From: Oikopleura dioica
Taxonomy: Eukaryota; Animalia; Chordata
Direction of reading: 5' to 3'
Assembly: GCA_907165135.1 (NCBI GenBank)
Contig: OU015566.1
Coordinates: 9,610,001-9,674,000 of the forward strand
Length of the DNA stretch: 64,000 bases
Below are positions 21,046 to 33,080 of this stretch, piece by piece (within the stretch, counting starts at the first letter, position 1; each line of letters starts with the position of its first letter). The notes under the pieces are model-generated. The model was not told the DNA's origin. It ran no database searches and worked only from the letters and a program-made list of their open reading frames with translations. The position numbers and the translations under genes were made by a program.

Positions 21046-22473
21046 TTGTTTGGAAAAGCCGTTTTCATCCATTTGTTAATAAACGTTTGTCAACTTGATA
21101 TACAGATGGTAAATTTAATCTCGGCTTTTACCACCATCATCTTCTATCGTACGAGAAGTCGGTCAAATCTCGAAAATATTTTTGAGCTTGAAGAACCGGA
21201 AAAAATGCAGCTTACTTACAAATATCCTTATAAACTGGGTCCTTTAAAATAATTATTTATACGATGTTTGGCTCGAACCAACCGCGCTGCGAAAATTGAA
21301 TGATCGGTGGAACGATGCTCCGAAAACAGGGAAAAGTGGAACGAGTTATATAACCAGTGTCATCAGATTGGTTTTTTAGATCCAGGGTTATATCTTTTAC
21401 ATTTTTGTTGTGATACAAAAATCATCAAGATTCCACTTGGCAACGGTCTAGTAGCCAAAGAGTTCAGAAATTTTAATCGTCTAGACTCTAGACATACTTT
21501 CTAACAGAACGGTTCTATCGTTTCTTCTTTGTGTTTGTTGCCAAAGTTCGCGGCTAATATTTACGGCGCCACTAATTGATGATTACAAGGTTAATATAAA
21601 CTCGCCATTTTATATCGCGATAGTGTCTCGTTTTGATATGATTTGAAATTGTTTGATAAATTCGAGGCATGAGCGTTAATTGGAAATGCAAACGAAACGG
21701 CGGCTTGGGGACCTTCGCGGAGAAATCTGTTTGTCAACATTTGCTACAACAAAAAGTTGAAAACAACCTCCAAAAGGGAGGAGCCGGCCCAAACTCCAAA
21801 ACACCCTAAGGTGAACCTCTGTCTATTTTTTCAATTCTTCAACAGAAAAGCTTTAGAAACGCTGTTTCTGCAACTATCCAATTTTGTTGCTTACATATTA
21901 TACATAAAAAACAGGCTGAAAGCTCTTTCACAGGAATCTCAGGAGCTGACAGAGCGAGTATTTACGCCAATGTATGCTTCAATACTTTCCATAACTCACG
22001 CTGCTCTGCATCGACTGGAGGTCAACATAAAAGCGGGCAAAGAAGCTAAACCGCAAACTAAAGATGCTCTTTCAAAAATCTTTCGCTCTTTTTCTTGTCG
22101 TTTCTGCTACCGGCGCGTTTAGGCTCAGGCCTCAAAGAAATCATCACAGAGTGCTTTTAATTATCACTTTTCAATTTTAACAATTTTCTAGGGAATCAGC
22201 AAACGCGATCAGCCACAAGAAGTAGGCCTCAATCTTTTTGCTGATAACGACGAGCAGGAGCTAAACTACATTATTGACGTAAGAGTAGCTTTCTGTATTT
22301 TTTTTTCTAGAGCTGATAAAAATAAGATGCTGATTGACCAGATTATGCAAAAACACGGAATCACGCCGCAAAATGTTGGCCCGACCGACGACGAAATCAT
22401 CTTTAGCGACCGAGACTTTGAATTTATCTTCGACGAAGCAATCGACATTCTCGGCGAAATGATTGACGAGTAA
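21046..22473 (+). CDS. Probable multi-exon gene, unknown function
   Basis: Several open exon-like segments with GT/AG flanks ending in ..FIFDEAIDILGEMIDE*; start uncertain. Confidence 0.35.
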
Positions 22474-23282
22474 GAAGACCAATGATAAAAAGTATCTCAA
22501 CCTATATTTTAGAGCGGAGAAAGAATCGAAGGAAAGAAAGCTTTAAATTTTGCTGTTACTTGTTTACCGTTTTATTGATGTTTAATAAATTCCGATACGA
22601 TAGATTAATGCTTTTTTGATGAGAAAAGCAAGTTTGTTTCTTCTTTTAAAATATCTACTAGCACAGTATTCCCAAAGTGCGTGAGAGTGTTTGGACAAGT
22701 GGCTTTCAATTAGCAACAAAGCAAATTCTGAGGAAGCAAATTTCCATGGATACGGTAGGGCTCCAGTTAGTGATAACTTTCTTGAAAGTAGAGATTAGGA
22801 CAAAGCCTAGTTACAAAGCCGCGAAATTTCCCGCCCACAATAAAATAAGATACAGACAGAACTCATCATGCCAGAAATGCAGCAGATCCCCAAAAGATAT
22901 CACCAGCCATTCAGGTTAATCAATAAATTCTTAGAGACCTAGAAATCAAACTCGAAAAGTAGGTTCGAGGAGGCAGAAAGGCGAAAATCAGCTCTAGGGC
23001 CCAGACTATCCAGAGAACCTAATTTCTCAGGTGGCAGAAAGCGTCTTGTTCCAAATGGCTTCGAAACTTCGCAGGTTTTACTTCCCTCTATTGTTCGTTG
23101 ATCGATCATTTTTTTAAAGGAAGCTTCGTCTGGATTGCGGAATTTTACCAGAAGAGCTTTCAGCTGTAACAGACACGAGGTAAGTCTGACTGTTTTGACT
23201 CAAGACTCTCAACTTAACTCGGAAGTTGAGTTATCAAAAGACGATTCCAAATCATCCGAATCAGTTCTAAATTTAGATAAGT

Positions 23283-23780
23283 TTGTTATTTCAGATCAAC
23301 GGGCGAAGCTCGTATCGCGAAATAGAACCCAAGCAAATATCAATGCGACAAAGTCGATTCAAAACACAGCCTGAACTTTGGCAAGCAGGTATATTTAACG
23401 ATGATGTGTTTGACCCTGTAGCTACTTGTTTGATTCAGCGACAATACAGTGGAACAGTCCTGCTAGAAATGTCAGACCGCGAACGGGCAATCATGTTGAG
23501 ATGAAACGACCTGCTAATAACGTCGATAAAACTTATTTTGAAGTGTACGCAGAAGGGTATGAAAGATGTATTCCAGGATACACTGGTCATATTCAACCAA
23601 GATATCCGTCTAGAATCACTCGTCAGGTAAAGAATATATCAGAAATTTCAATTAAAAAATGAAGGAATCGTCGCAAAACAACATGAAGCCAGTTCTTTTG
23701 CGAGAAAACTCCTTTCCTAAAACGGGAACTTTCTCAAAAATGATCACCGTTCTGCCTCCTTATAATCCTTTTGCGAGATA
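23283..23780 (+). CDS. Possible ciliary microtubule inner protein (FAM166-like IPGYTG motif)
   Basis: Exon encodes CIPGYTGHIQPRYPS; remainder of the model uncertain. Confidence 0.35.
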
Positions 23781-23821
23781 TAAATCGATTCAATAAACAA
23801 ACTTTATGTAATCTTCTTAGT

Positions 23822-24958
23822 TTATTGATCCCTCAAAAATTCCAAAATCTGATCAGCAAGAGAATTCGCTTCACTTTCCGGAAAATCAGAGAGTTTTTCA
23901 GTCTCTTGTTTCAATAATTCTTCAATTGCTTTCGCAAGAGTCCACTTTTATGGTTGCAGAGCTCATTAGATTTGAATGAAATCATAAGTTCAAATATCAA
24001 CCTTCCAGAATCCCATCTTTTGCCGACAAGGACAAGGCAATGAAGCTCGGGTCCGACATTCCAATTGCTATAAAATACCGTAAAAGCGGCAAACTAAACC
24101 GACGAATAACAGACTCACCATCGTCCAAAGTCAATTCCAGATCTTCTTTTGTTTTCTGCATTGAAATTCGTTTCAAATCATACTCCTCAAGTTTGATTTT
24201 CAGCGACTCGATAATTTTAGTTTCTTTACTTGCTTCAATAAAATTATCTTTATCTCATACAAATCAATTGAAGCCATGCCCATTTCCACTTTGGACTCGA
24301 GAATCTGGAGCTCTTTCATTGTCATCATTTCTTCTTGTTGGTTCAGTTTCTGCTCCTGCATAAGTTGATCCATTTTAACCTCATTCTTCGCCGCAATAAT
24401 TGCATTTTTCGCAATGATATCATACTTAGCTTTTTCAAGCGCATCGTCATCTGCGTCAGAATCTGACTTCTCGATTATTTGCGGTAGAACATCGTATTTT
24501 TCTTTGAGAAGACTTGTACTAGCCTTGACCTTTTTAATTTCAGCCTCGAGTTTTTTCTGTGTTGTGACCTCCTCAAGCTCATCAAAACTTTTTCAAATTT
24601 TAATTTTATCAAAAAACTTATTTTATCAGTCGACTAACCTGACTTTTTTGATTCTTTGTTGGATAATATCAAGCTCTCTTTCAGTAAAATCTTTCTTGCT
24701 TACTTTCATCAGCTGGTTATTCTTTCGCCAAAGAATATCTTTCTCTTCCTCAGTCATCTCTTGTGCTTCAAAGTCCAGTCCCTTGGCCTCCTGGAGTCGC
24801 CGAAAATCCTCTTCCAATATTTCATTTAGTTTGAGCATCTTTACGCGCTCCTCTTCGACTAGATCCTCCTTGTTCTCTGCTTCCATGCGGATTGACTGCT
24901 TGTCATTTTGATAATTTAAAACAACTCGTCTATCTTGTTTCTCCATGAAATTTCTCAT
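23822..24958 (-). CDS. Coiled-coil protein, multi-exon
   Basis: Glu/Lys-rich heptad-like exons separated by short introns. Confidence 0.6.
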
Positions 24959-25074
24959 ATTTTCAAAGTGAACTTATTGCGCTGAGTTTATACGCGTGTT
25001 TCATTAAATTTTCATCACGATATTGTGTTTGATAATCCGGGTTACGGAAGTTATATTAAAGATATCACAACAGT

Positions 25075-25430
25075 TTAAGTTCTTTTAAACATAGTTTTAT
25101 ACAGTAAGATAGCTGTCATCTGAATTTCTTTGCTGCTGCTGCTAAGCACCACTGTGGTGCCACCACAACATAAGCAGCAACAACAAAGGGCGAAGACGCC
25201 GACGAGGATGAATTTAAGAATATCGTTTGAGTCTCCCTCATCATCAGCTATTTTCTTCAATGCGGCTTGGAACTGATTAAGAGTCCATACTGTCTAAAAT
25301 AAACGCTCAAGAAGATAAGAACGTCTTCCTCAACTTACAACTTCCATGAACATGGGCGGCCCTGATTGTCCCGTCACTCAGAAATGATAATCATGGTATC
25401 TTCAAATGAAGGCAACTATGCATCCATATT
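25075..25430 (-). CDS. Small Cys-rich transmembrane protein, paralog of 26142-28109
   Basis: VTVWTLNQFQAALKKIADD followed by hydrophobic ILVGVFALCCCCLCC. Confidence 0.5.
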
Positions 25431-25595
25431 AATAAAAATTTTGTATTGATATAATCGGCTATCGTAGTGATCAGTTTTAATACCAGAAATTTATCATCAA
25501 AAAAAATATTACCAAAAATTTCAAACCCGGAAGAACATTTTTAATAAAGTGAGCAGTTTTGGTTGAGGTCGGACTGTTAGTAGAGTTTTGAATTA

Positions 25596-25992
25596 CAGTG
25601 AAAACTCAGAAATTGGCCGGTTTTTAGATTCTTATTCAAGAAAAAAGCGGCCAAATTTTGAGTTTTTTACCGGATAGCCAAGAGTCCACCATTTAGAATT
25701 AAATTTTCGAAATTTTCGAAAATGGGCATGATTTTCACGTTTTTGATCAATTTAATTCAAATTTTTGCTTCTTTGAAGACATTTATTTTATAAATTAGTC
25801 ATTTTAAATAATTTAAACAGTCTAAAAAAGATAAAAATGCCCAGGAATAGCATAATTTGGGCGCAATTTTGAACCAAAATTTTCTATTTTTGAAAAAGCG
25901 GCCAATTTTTGAGTCTTTTTTGGATTCTAAAATCAGTCAATTTCGACCAAAACCGGCCAAATTTCGAGTAGGCAAATTTTGAGTTTTCACTG
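25596..25992. mobile_element. Tc1/pogo-type MITE (397 bp)
   Basis: 23-bp TIRs CAGTGAAAACTCA(G/A)AAATT(G/T)GCC, TA on both flanks, internal cggccaaatt repeats. Confidence 0.85.
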
Positions 25993-26141
25993 TAACAAAT
26001 TTTAAGAAATTTTTTGATGTTTTCTGATACCTCCTCCAAAGAGCCCTATTTTCACAATTCTTGATGGGAAGATTCAGAACTCTAATTTTTATTATTCCTC
26101 AAAAAGAAGTCAGAGACACGATTCTCGGAGATTCATTTTCT

Positions 26142-28109
26142 TCATGAGTTTGTAACATCTCTTCCATCATCTTCATTTGAGCAGCATTCGCAGGCTGCGA
26201 AATCGCAGCACATGCCACCAAAAACATAGCAAAAACCGATTGGTAAAATTCAGGGCTGGATATTTTGAAATCAGCAAAAATTTCAAATCAATTTTTGTGT
26301 GAAATCTCATTTCTATCTCAAAATTTTGCACCATCTCAACAAATCTCAAATTTCAATATTATTGCAACTTCCTCGTCATAATTTTTCCATTCTTGAGATT
26401 GCTGAGATCTCGAGATCTCAAATCTCAAAATTTTGCGAACCGCGCAAGGGCCGCGGACAAACGTCGCGGGCTTACAGCAAGACTTGTGATTGGTTCAGAT
26501 GGACCTGAAATGCTTGAGATCTCAGAATTTCAAATTTCATTTCATTGCAACGCGCGTATCCAACTCACGCAGTTTTCTGAAATGCTTGAGATCTCAGCAT
26601 TTCAAATATCATTTTTTTGCAAAATCGAAAATTGAGATCTCAGACACAAAAATTTCTGAGATTGCATTTTTGAAATGGATGAGATGATGATTCATGTTTT
26701 TTTCGGGGTTTGAGATTTTTGTTGATTTCAAAATATCCAGCCCTGGTAAAATTGCAATGAGGCAAGGCCAGCAACAGATCAGTCCCAATTGACTGCCACA
26801 ATACTCCTCGTTCACTTAATTTTTCTTATCAAAAGCAAACAACATCGACTCTTACTGTCGTTGGTCAATTTCTTTAATCCTGAGTAGAGTTGTTCCTGAG
26901 TCCAACCCAGAGTTCGAAATCCGAGAAAATATAGCTGCTACCTGCTACCACTTGCTTTCACCTTAGTTACAAATGTATTTTCATCACATTTTTTATGGAA
27001 AAATACATTCTAGAACAAAATTATTTAAAATGGTAGCAATGCTAGCAGGAGACGATTTGCTACAACTTGCTACCACCTCTGATGACATTGCTACCTGCTA
27101 CCATTTGCTACCAAAAGTGGTAGCAATGGTAGCATGCTACCATTTGCTACCAATTGCTACCATCGGATTTCGAACTCTGGTCCAACCTGTCTGAAGGAAG
27201 GCTTTTTGTGAGAATAAAAAGAAAAATACGTACGAGTTGAAGGACCATGATGTCCTCTTCTGAAAGTGGCATTGATTCAGTCCAGTCTGAAGAAACTCCG
27301 ACACAGTTGGTAGTTGTTGGATATTGGTACAATCGGTCGTCGTAATTATCATCATCGCCGCATGCATCCAGGCCTCCTAAGAGGGGACTTCCTAAGAGTA
27401 AGAGCTAGGTTTAGACCTGGGAGTCCCGAGGCTGGGACACAAATACAAACCAGGAAAGACGTCTTTGATCATTTTTGCAATCTCCACAGGTGTAATATAA
27501 TTAGGACTCAAACTCAAAGTATATAATGTTGGTCTGTTTGCATTCGGATTTTCGCGAATTCTTTGAAAGTATTCGAAAAGCATTTCTCTCCGGGTATTGA
27601 ATGAAGCATCTCTCGGAGCTCTTATCGGTTTTAATAATCGTCAATTCTATGGAACAAAAAGAAGAAGAAAAATTAAAACTGCATTCCCTAAAGTCGTCTT
27701 TGAAACTCTCGTAAGATAGCTCGTCACTGCTCACTGGCGCCGAGTCGTAGTTTGAAGTCGGCGATGCATTTCTAAGAGAAGTTTCGTGTTCTGCCGCATT
27801 ACTGTCTGTAAACACTGAGCCAGCTACAGGTCCATTTTCTACTGTATTGGTTGCTTCTGGTAAATTAGAATGAGCATTTTCTGTTGGCAAAACGGAGCCA
27901 GCTACGGGCGCATTATAAGCTGCATTGTTTGATGGCTCGAAACTGTAAGGATCATATTCAGTTGAAGCAGGAGGTTGAGGCATAGCATGGCTCTGAGGAA
28001 GTTCTGGGACGACTGGTTGAACTGGCTCGGAAGTAAGCCCTGGAAACTGATAATCCGACCATGGATTGTCGGTCGTTTGCCCAAATTTATCATCCCCAAA
28101 GAAACTCAT
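26142..28109 (-). CDS. Multi-exon protein with C-terminal Cys-rich TM segment; two exons interrupted by hAT MITEs
   Basis: Removing each MITE plus one TSD restores ..QTGWTQEQLYSGLKKLTND.. and ..CCWPCLIAILPIGFCYVFGGMCC..; the first motif matches the neighbouring paralog. Confidence 0.6.
26251..26745. mobile_element. hAT-type MITE (495 bp)
   Basis: TIR CAGGGCTGGATATTTTGAAATCA; perfect 8-bp TSD GTAAAATT; internal gagatctc repeats. Confidence 0.92.
26908..27179. mobile_element. hAT-type MITE (272 bp)
   Basis: 17-bp TIR CAGAGTTCGAAATCCGA; perfect 8-bp TSD GTCCAACC; internal tgctacc/ggtagca repeats. Confidence 0.92.
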
Positions 28110-28552
28110 AACTGAACCTTACATCTGCATTTCCTTATACAATCACGTTTATTCTAGAGAACTGTATCGACGTGGTTTTCTCCATGTTGTGGTAAGTGGA
28201 TCCAGCAGAATGAAGAAATTCGTCGCACCTGCTCAAAAATAATTTTCGCTGGCCCGAGCAGCTTTTTGAGCACTTGCTTTGCTAAATACGCCGATAATAT
28301 AAGCTTTTAAAAATCTAAAACAAGAGTGTTCCTTCTACGCGTTTGAAAGTCATCATCGTCGCTGCTCTTTTGATAAGGTGCGATAAAATAATTGAGTTCC
28401 TAATTTACCGAAAAGTGCAGTAATTGCCTAGGGGCGTTCCTTCTACTTTCCTGCTTGCAAAGCGAACCAACCTTGACATCATTTTGGTACAAACAGAAAA
28501 AGCCTTATCACATTCGTTCAATTTTTTATGTAGATGATCAATTTATTTGAGA

Positions 28553-29985
28553 ATGGAACTCAGAGAAACGTGTTTTGCATTTACATATTCGCATGGGTTG
28601 TTTATGGACAACTTGTCACGTTCGCGAAGGGCGAAGACGGAATCAATTACAGGCATGGATTTCAAAAATCTGAAAAAGACATCTTTTTGTATGGAAGAAA
28701 TAATGTTAAGAAATCTAAATAGTCCCGCGTTGCTTGTTATAATGGCCGAATTTATAAAGACGTTTGTTTGCCTCTTCATATATACCCGCGAGAAGACCCT
28801 TGATGCTCTCTTACAAAATGTTTTGCAAGAAAAGAAGCTGTTTCTTCTTTGTAAGTCCATCTTTTCTAGCGCTCGATTGGAACTTCATTAGATTCCATTC
28901 CTTCCGGAATGTATGCGCTGTACAACATTCTGTCCTTTTACTCGATTTCTTTGGCCGATCCAACCACTTACTTTGTGCTTTTACAATCAAGAAGCTTGGC
29001 AACAGGAATTATCTACCAAATTCTTTTCAAAAAGCAGCTAAGTTGTCTCCAGGAAAGGGTTGAAACGAATTTAGCGCTCTCCACGTTTGGGAATGTTTAT
29101 AAATTCTAAACAAGAGCTAACTTATTCAACTCGCTGACAGTGGCTCTCGCTGGTTACTCTTACTGTTGGAACATCGATGAAGCAGTTTTCCTTCTCATCA
29201 TTCAACTTTGTGTTCAACGAAGCGATTCCGCTGATTTTGATACAGATAGTTTGCGCTTGCTTTGCCGGCGTTTACAACGAGTACTTGCTAAAGGCCAGGA
29301 ATGCGGACTTTTGGGTTCAGGAAAGGATACGATCATCATTATTTACAAACATTTTTTAACTCGCTAAAAGAGCTCAAAAACTCCCGAAAGCTGTTTGCGC
29401 AAATTTTTTCTCCCTTTTGATGTCGAAACACCCCTCCCTGAGTTTTGCCAAGTAATCCAGCGACTGCTTAAATTTCATTGAATTTGTGAACATGATCGTT
29501 CGTATCTCAAACAAGAATATATTTTTCTACGTCAACTCGATCATCATCAACGGTTTCATTTTTATCATTCAAGGAAATGTCAACAAGACAATTTTGGCGA
29601 ATACTTTTAAATTGCCAGCTTTGATCATCCCTTTCAACCTGGCTTTGATTGGAATTACGACAGTCATGTTCTTGAAACACTTGAACTCCATTCTGAAAAC
29701 AATCGCAGCAGGAAACGGTCGAAACTCATTTTTTGCATCATTGCAACCAAGATATTCAACCGATCAAAAGCTTCTGAGCTCTTCTTTGCTGCATGCTTGT
29801 CCTACCTCTTCTTCGGCATCCCGATTGAGATGGGGACAATCGTCTCAGTTGTCATGATTTGGCTTTCGTTGTACATTTACGCGGTAAATCCCATCAAGCA
29901 ACCAGAAAAACAGACGAGTGAAGACGAAGTTATTGAAGAAAAACTAGACCTGTTGAAATCTGACAAAAACTCGAATCCAGTTTGA
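28553..29985 (+). CDS. SLC35A-family nucleotide-sugar transporter, multi-exon
   Basis: AEFIKT, YALYNILSFY, DPTTYFVLLQ..ATGIIY, FAGVYNEYLLK, LKHLNSILK; includes a GA-AG intron after ..FWVQ. Confidence 0.85.
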
Positions 29986-30412
29986 TTTTTCTTACTTAGA
30001 ATATTATAATCCTATAAAGCTGTAACCACCAAAAGCATTTTAATTCTCAAAAACACAAAACAAAAACTATTAATTCTTTATCCGTTTATTCTTTGTTCAG
30101 AGGTGTCTTGAAAATTCAGAGTAGAAAGAAAGACCTTACAAAACAAGAAGCTTCTATGTGTTTTCAACAACATATGCATCAAGGGTCATTTTCACGGCAC
30201 GAGCATTAACGGTATATAAAGTGTTTCCTGTCAGATGGAGCGCATATTGGGCCACTCAGTTTTTATGCGATTTAGATACGCTACTTTGTGGGCCGAGAAT
30301 TAAATATTTACGTCCAAAATCGAACCTAAGTCACTTTGTCGTATCAGATGGTCTATAAATGGCTCTTGATTTATTAATTTTACCCCCTTAAGTCGGAATT
30401 TCTTCTAAGTTA

Positions 30413-33080
30413 CTAAGCTTTTCTCCGCAAAAATGACCCCTGCGAACTGTAGTTCGGCGAAGTCTGGGTAGTTTGATCGACGAATTGTCTGTTTTCTGCG
30501 CTTGATTGCTTTCTGTTCTTGTCCTTGTCTTCTCGGAAAGCAACGTCAACTGCGATTTGAATCAGCCCACCCAGCCAGCTCAGTCCCATCAGCATCTATC
30601 AACGTCAACTTCATTAAATTGCTCCGACAGCTTACCCATAAAAGACAGACAATTCTGTAGAAAACCGATACGACACCCATCCAGAACTCGTTTGTACCTT
30701 AGAAGATCGTCTCATAAACTCTGTTGTATAAAAAAACTAACCGGGCAATTTCCAATTCTTTTGCGTTTGTCCTTCGAACTCAGCTGTCGGCGTCAGGTCT
30801 CCAAATCCAATCGTAGTCAGAGTAATGATCGTAAAATAGAACGCGTCCAAGAAATCCCAGCCCTCTATTTTTGAGAAGAAAAGCGCCGGCATTACCGAAA
30901 ATATCCTGAAACAGACTTTGAGTAGGAGTTTCTTAGAATCATCTCTACCCGAAACCGATGACAATGTAGAGCGATATCGCTGTTCTTTTCCCACGAAAAC
31001 GGTAGAAACCAGCGGACTTGACGAATTTGTGTAGATAGTTTCCAGTGACTTTCATCAAGTAATAAAAATATGGAACACCAAACAAGGCGTAGATCACGCA
31101 AAACATCTTGGAAAAAATAATTATCAATCGGACGAAATTCTGTGGAACGGACCTTGCCATATTTGGTCTTTGGCGCAACGTTGCCATATCCGATCGTGGT
31201 AATAACGGTGCCCACGAAGTAGAAAGCGTTTTTGAGAGAGAGGCGATTTTCTGGCAGTTAGACTTTCTGGCAGTTAGACTTTCTGGCAAAGGCGATTTTC
31301 TGGCACTGCCAGAAAATCTAATATGCCAGAAAATCTAATTTCCAGAAAATCGCCTCTTTTGATTTTGAATCTACAGTTAGTGATCCTGGAAGGTAAAAAA
31401 ACGGAGAGGGTTTTCGACAGTACCACCAATTTTTTCTTACATGTTTTATAAAAATTCATTGACAAAAGCCATTTTTGACCCATTTATTCAAGATAATTGG
31501 CTGTAGCAAACATAAATCAGCTTCTTCCGGGAATTTTCACCCGGTGTTATTTGCATCTGATTTCGAGTACTTGGTCACAGTGGGCACCCACTGAGATAAT
31601 GGCGCACGCTCATGCTTTTTAAAACTGAACTTGTTATAAAACTCTCCTGAAAATTCTTCCTCAGAAGGTGGTGGAATCGCTGTCATTTTCAATATTTATC
31701 TATACGATTTTTCTTCCTTATCATTCTCCATTTTCTCAAAAAAATCAAAATCTAACTTTTCAGCTGCCTGTGAACCCGTTTGTCACTCCGAAAACAGCTA
31801 GAACGAACTGCGGATGCTACCCTCATTCTATTTTTAGCGCAGAAATTTCAATTCCCAATTCGTAGTCTTTTTTTACCGCCCTGAATAGTCGGCTTTTAGA
31901 TCAAACGCTCCCGTCGAAAGGTGCAAACTCCTGCTGAAACTGCTCCGAAATGAAATTTGTGTGATAATCACCAGTTTTTCGAATTTATAAAATGATTATT
32001 ATTAAGAGTTTCTTGCAGAATTTCAAATAATATCCATCCTATAAAGGCGATTTCACCACCTGAGGAAGAATTTTCTGGAGAGCTTTATAACAAGTTCAGT
32101 TTTAAAAAGCATTAGCGTGCGCCATTATCTCAGTGGGTGCCCACTGTGACCAAGTACTCGAAATCAGATGCAAATAACACCTGGTGATTAACACAAAAAT
32201 TCCCGGAAGAAGCTGATTTATGTTTGCTACAGCCAATAATCTTGAATAAATGGGTCAAAAGTGGCTTTTGTCAATGAATTTAAAAAAAAAAAACATGTAA
32301 GAAAAAATTGGTGGTACTGTCGAAAACCCTCTCCGTTTTTTTACCTTCCAGGATCATTAACTGTAGATTCAAAATCAAAAGAGGCGATTTTCTGGCAGTT
32401 AGACTTTCTGGCAGTTAGACTTTCTGGCAAAGGCGATTTTCTGGAAGTTAGATTTTCTGGCAGTGCCAGAAAATCGCCTTTGCCAGAAAGTCTAACTGCC
32501 AGAAAATCTAACTGCCAGAAAATCGCCTCTCTCCGTTTTTGAACGTCCAGTTTTCTGGACAACCGTGTTCAAGAAGCGCTCCAGTATCGCTAAAAATATA
32601 AATGCGAGTACCGACGATTTGCTTACCGGGCGACAGTTGTAATGGAGTCAACAAGGAGAACATAATTGTCAGCTGACAAAGTCACATTCCAATCGACACC
32701 TTCTGGCTTAGTCTTTTTGAACTGGTTCCAAATCCAAACCTCCGTCCCTTTATCAATAAATAAAGTCTAAGATCTATTCTAATTTTAACTCTACTGCATG
32801 ATAGATCTGCCGAATACAAATTAAAAATGAAGCAGATTTTAAGTAGAAGCATAAATGCTTGCTTACCCGCCATATAGATATTGCTTATGTTTTGTGCAGC
32901 TTCACAGAGCGCGATTTCATTCGGGCGCTCAGTCTTAATAAATTATTGTCTGAATGAACTTGCATTTGAAAATGCGAACAAACCATTAAGAAAATCGCTG
33001 CCCCAAAAGCCAGGTACAGAAAATAGACGGCGATTCGACCACAGTAGCCGTACGCATCCGGCAAGTGACAGCCCTATATA
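30413..33080 (-). CDS. Two-pore-domain K+ channel (K2P) 1; P1 exon interrupted by a foldback element
   Basis: [63 protein letters not shown]; 5' exon(s) unresolved. Confidence 0.9.
31236..32533. mobile_element. Foldback/MULE-like non-autonomous element (1298 bp)
   Basis: About 445-bp inverted arms starting GAGAGAGGCGATTTTCTGG, with 16-nt tandem/palindromic subrepeats; perfect 9-bp TSD CGTTTTTGA (31227-31235, 32534-32542). Confidence 0.95.

Noticed and set aside
26911-26922. GTTCGAAATCC as a tRNA T-arm / B-box (also GTTCGATCTC near 37018)
   Set aside because: Spacing does not fit the consensus, no cloverleaf or A-box; the first is part of a MITE TIR.
31244-31352. Regularly repeated 16-nt units resembling a CRISPR array (also 32382-32527)
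   Set aside because: No unique spacers, no cas genes, eukaryotic context; they are subterminal repeats of the foldback element.
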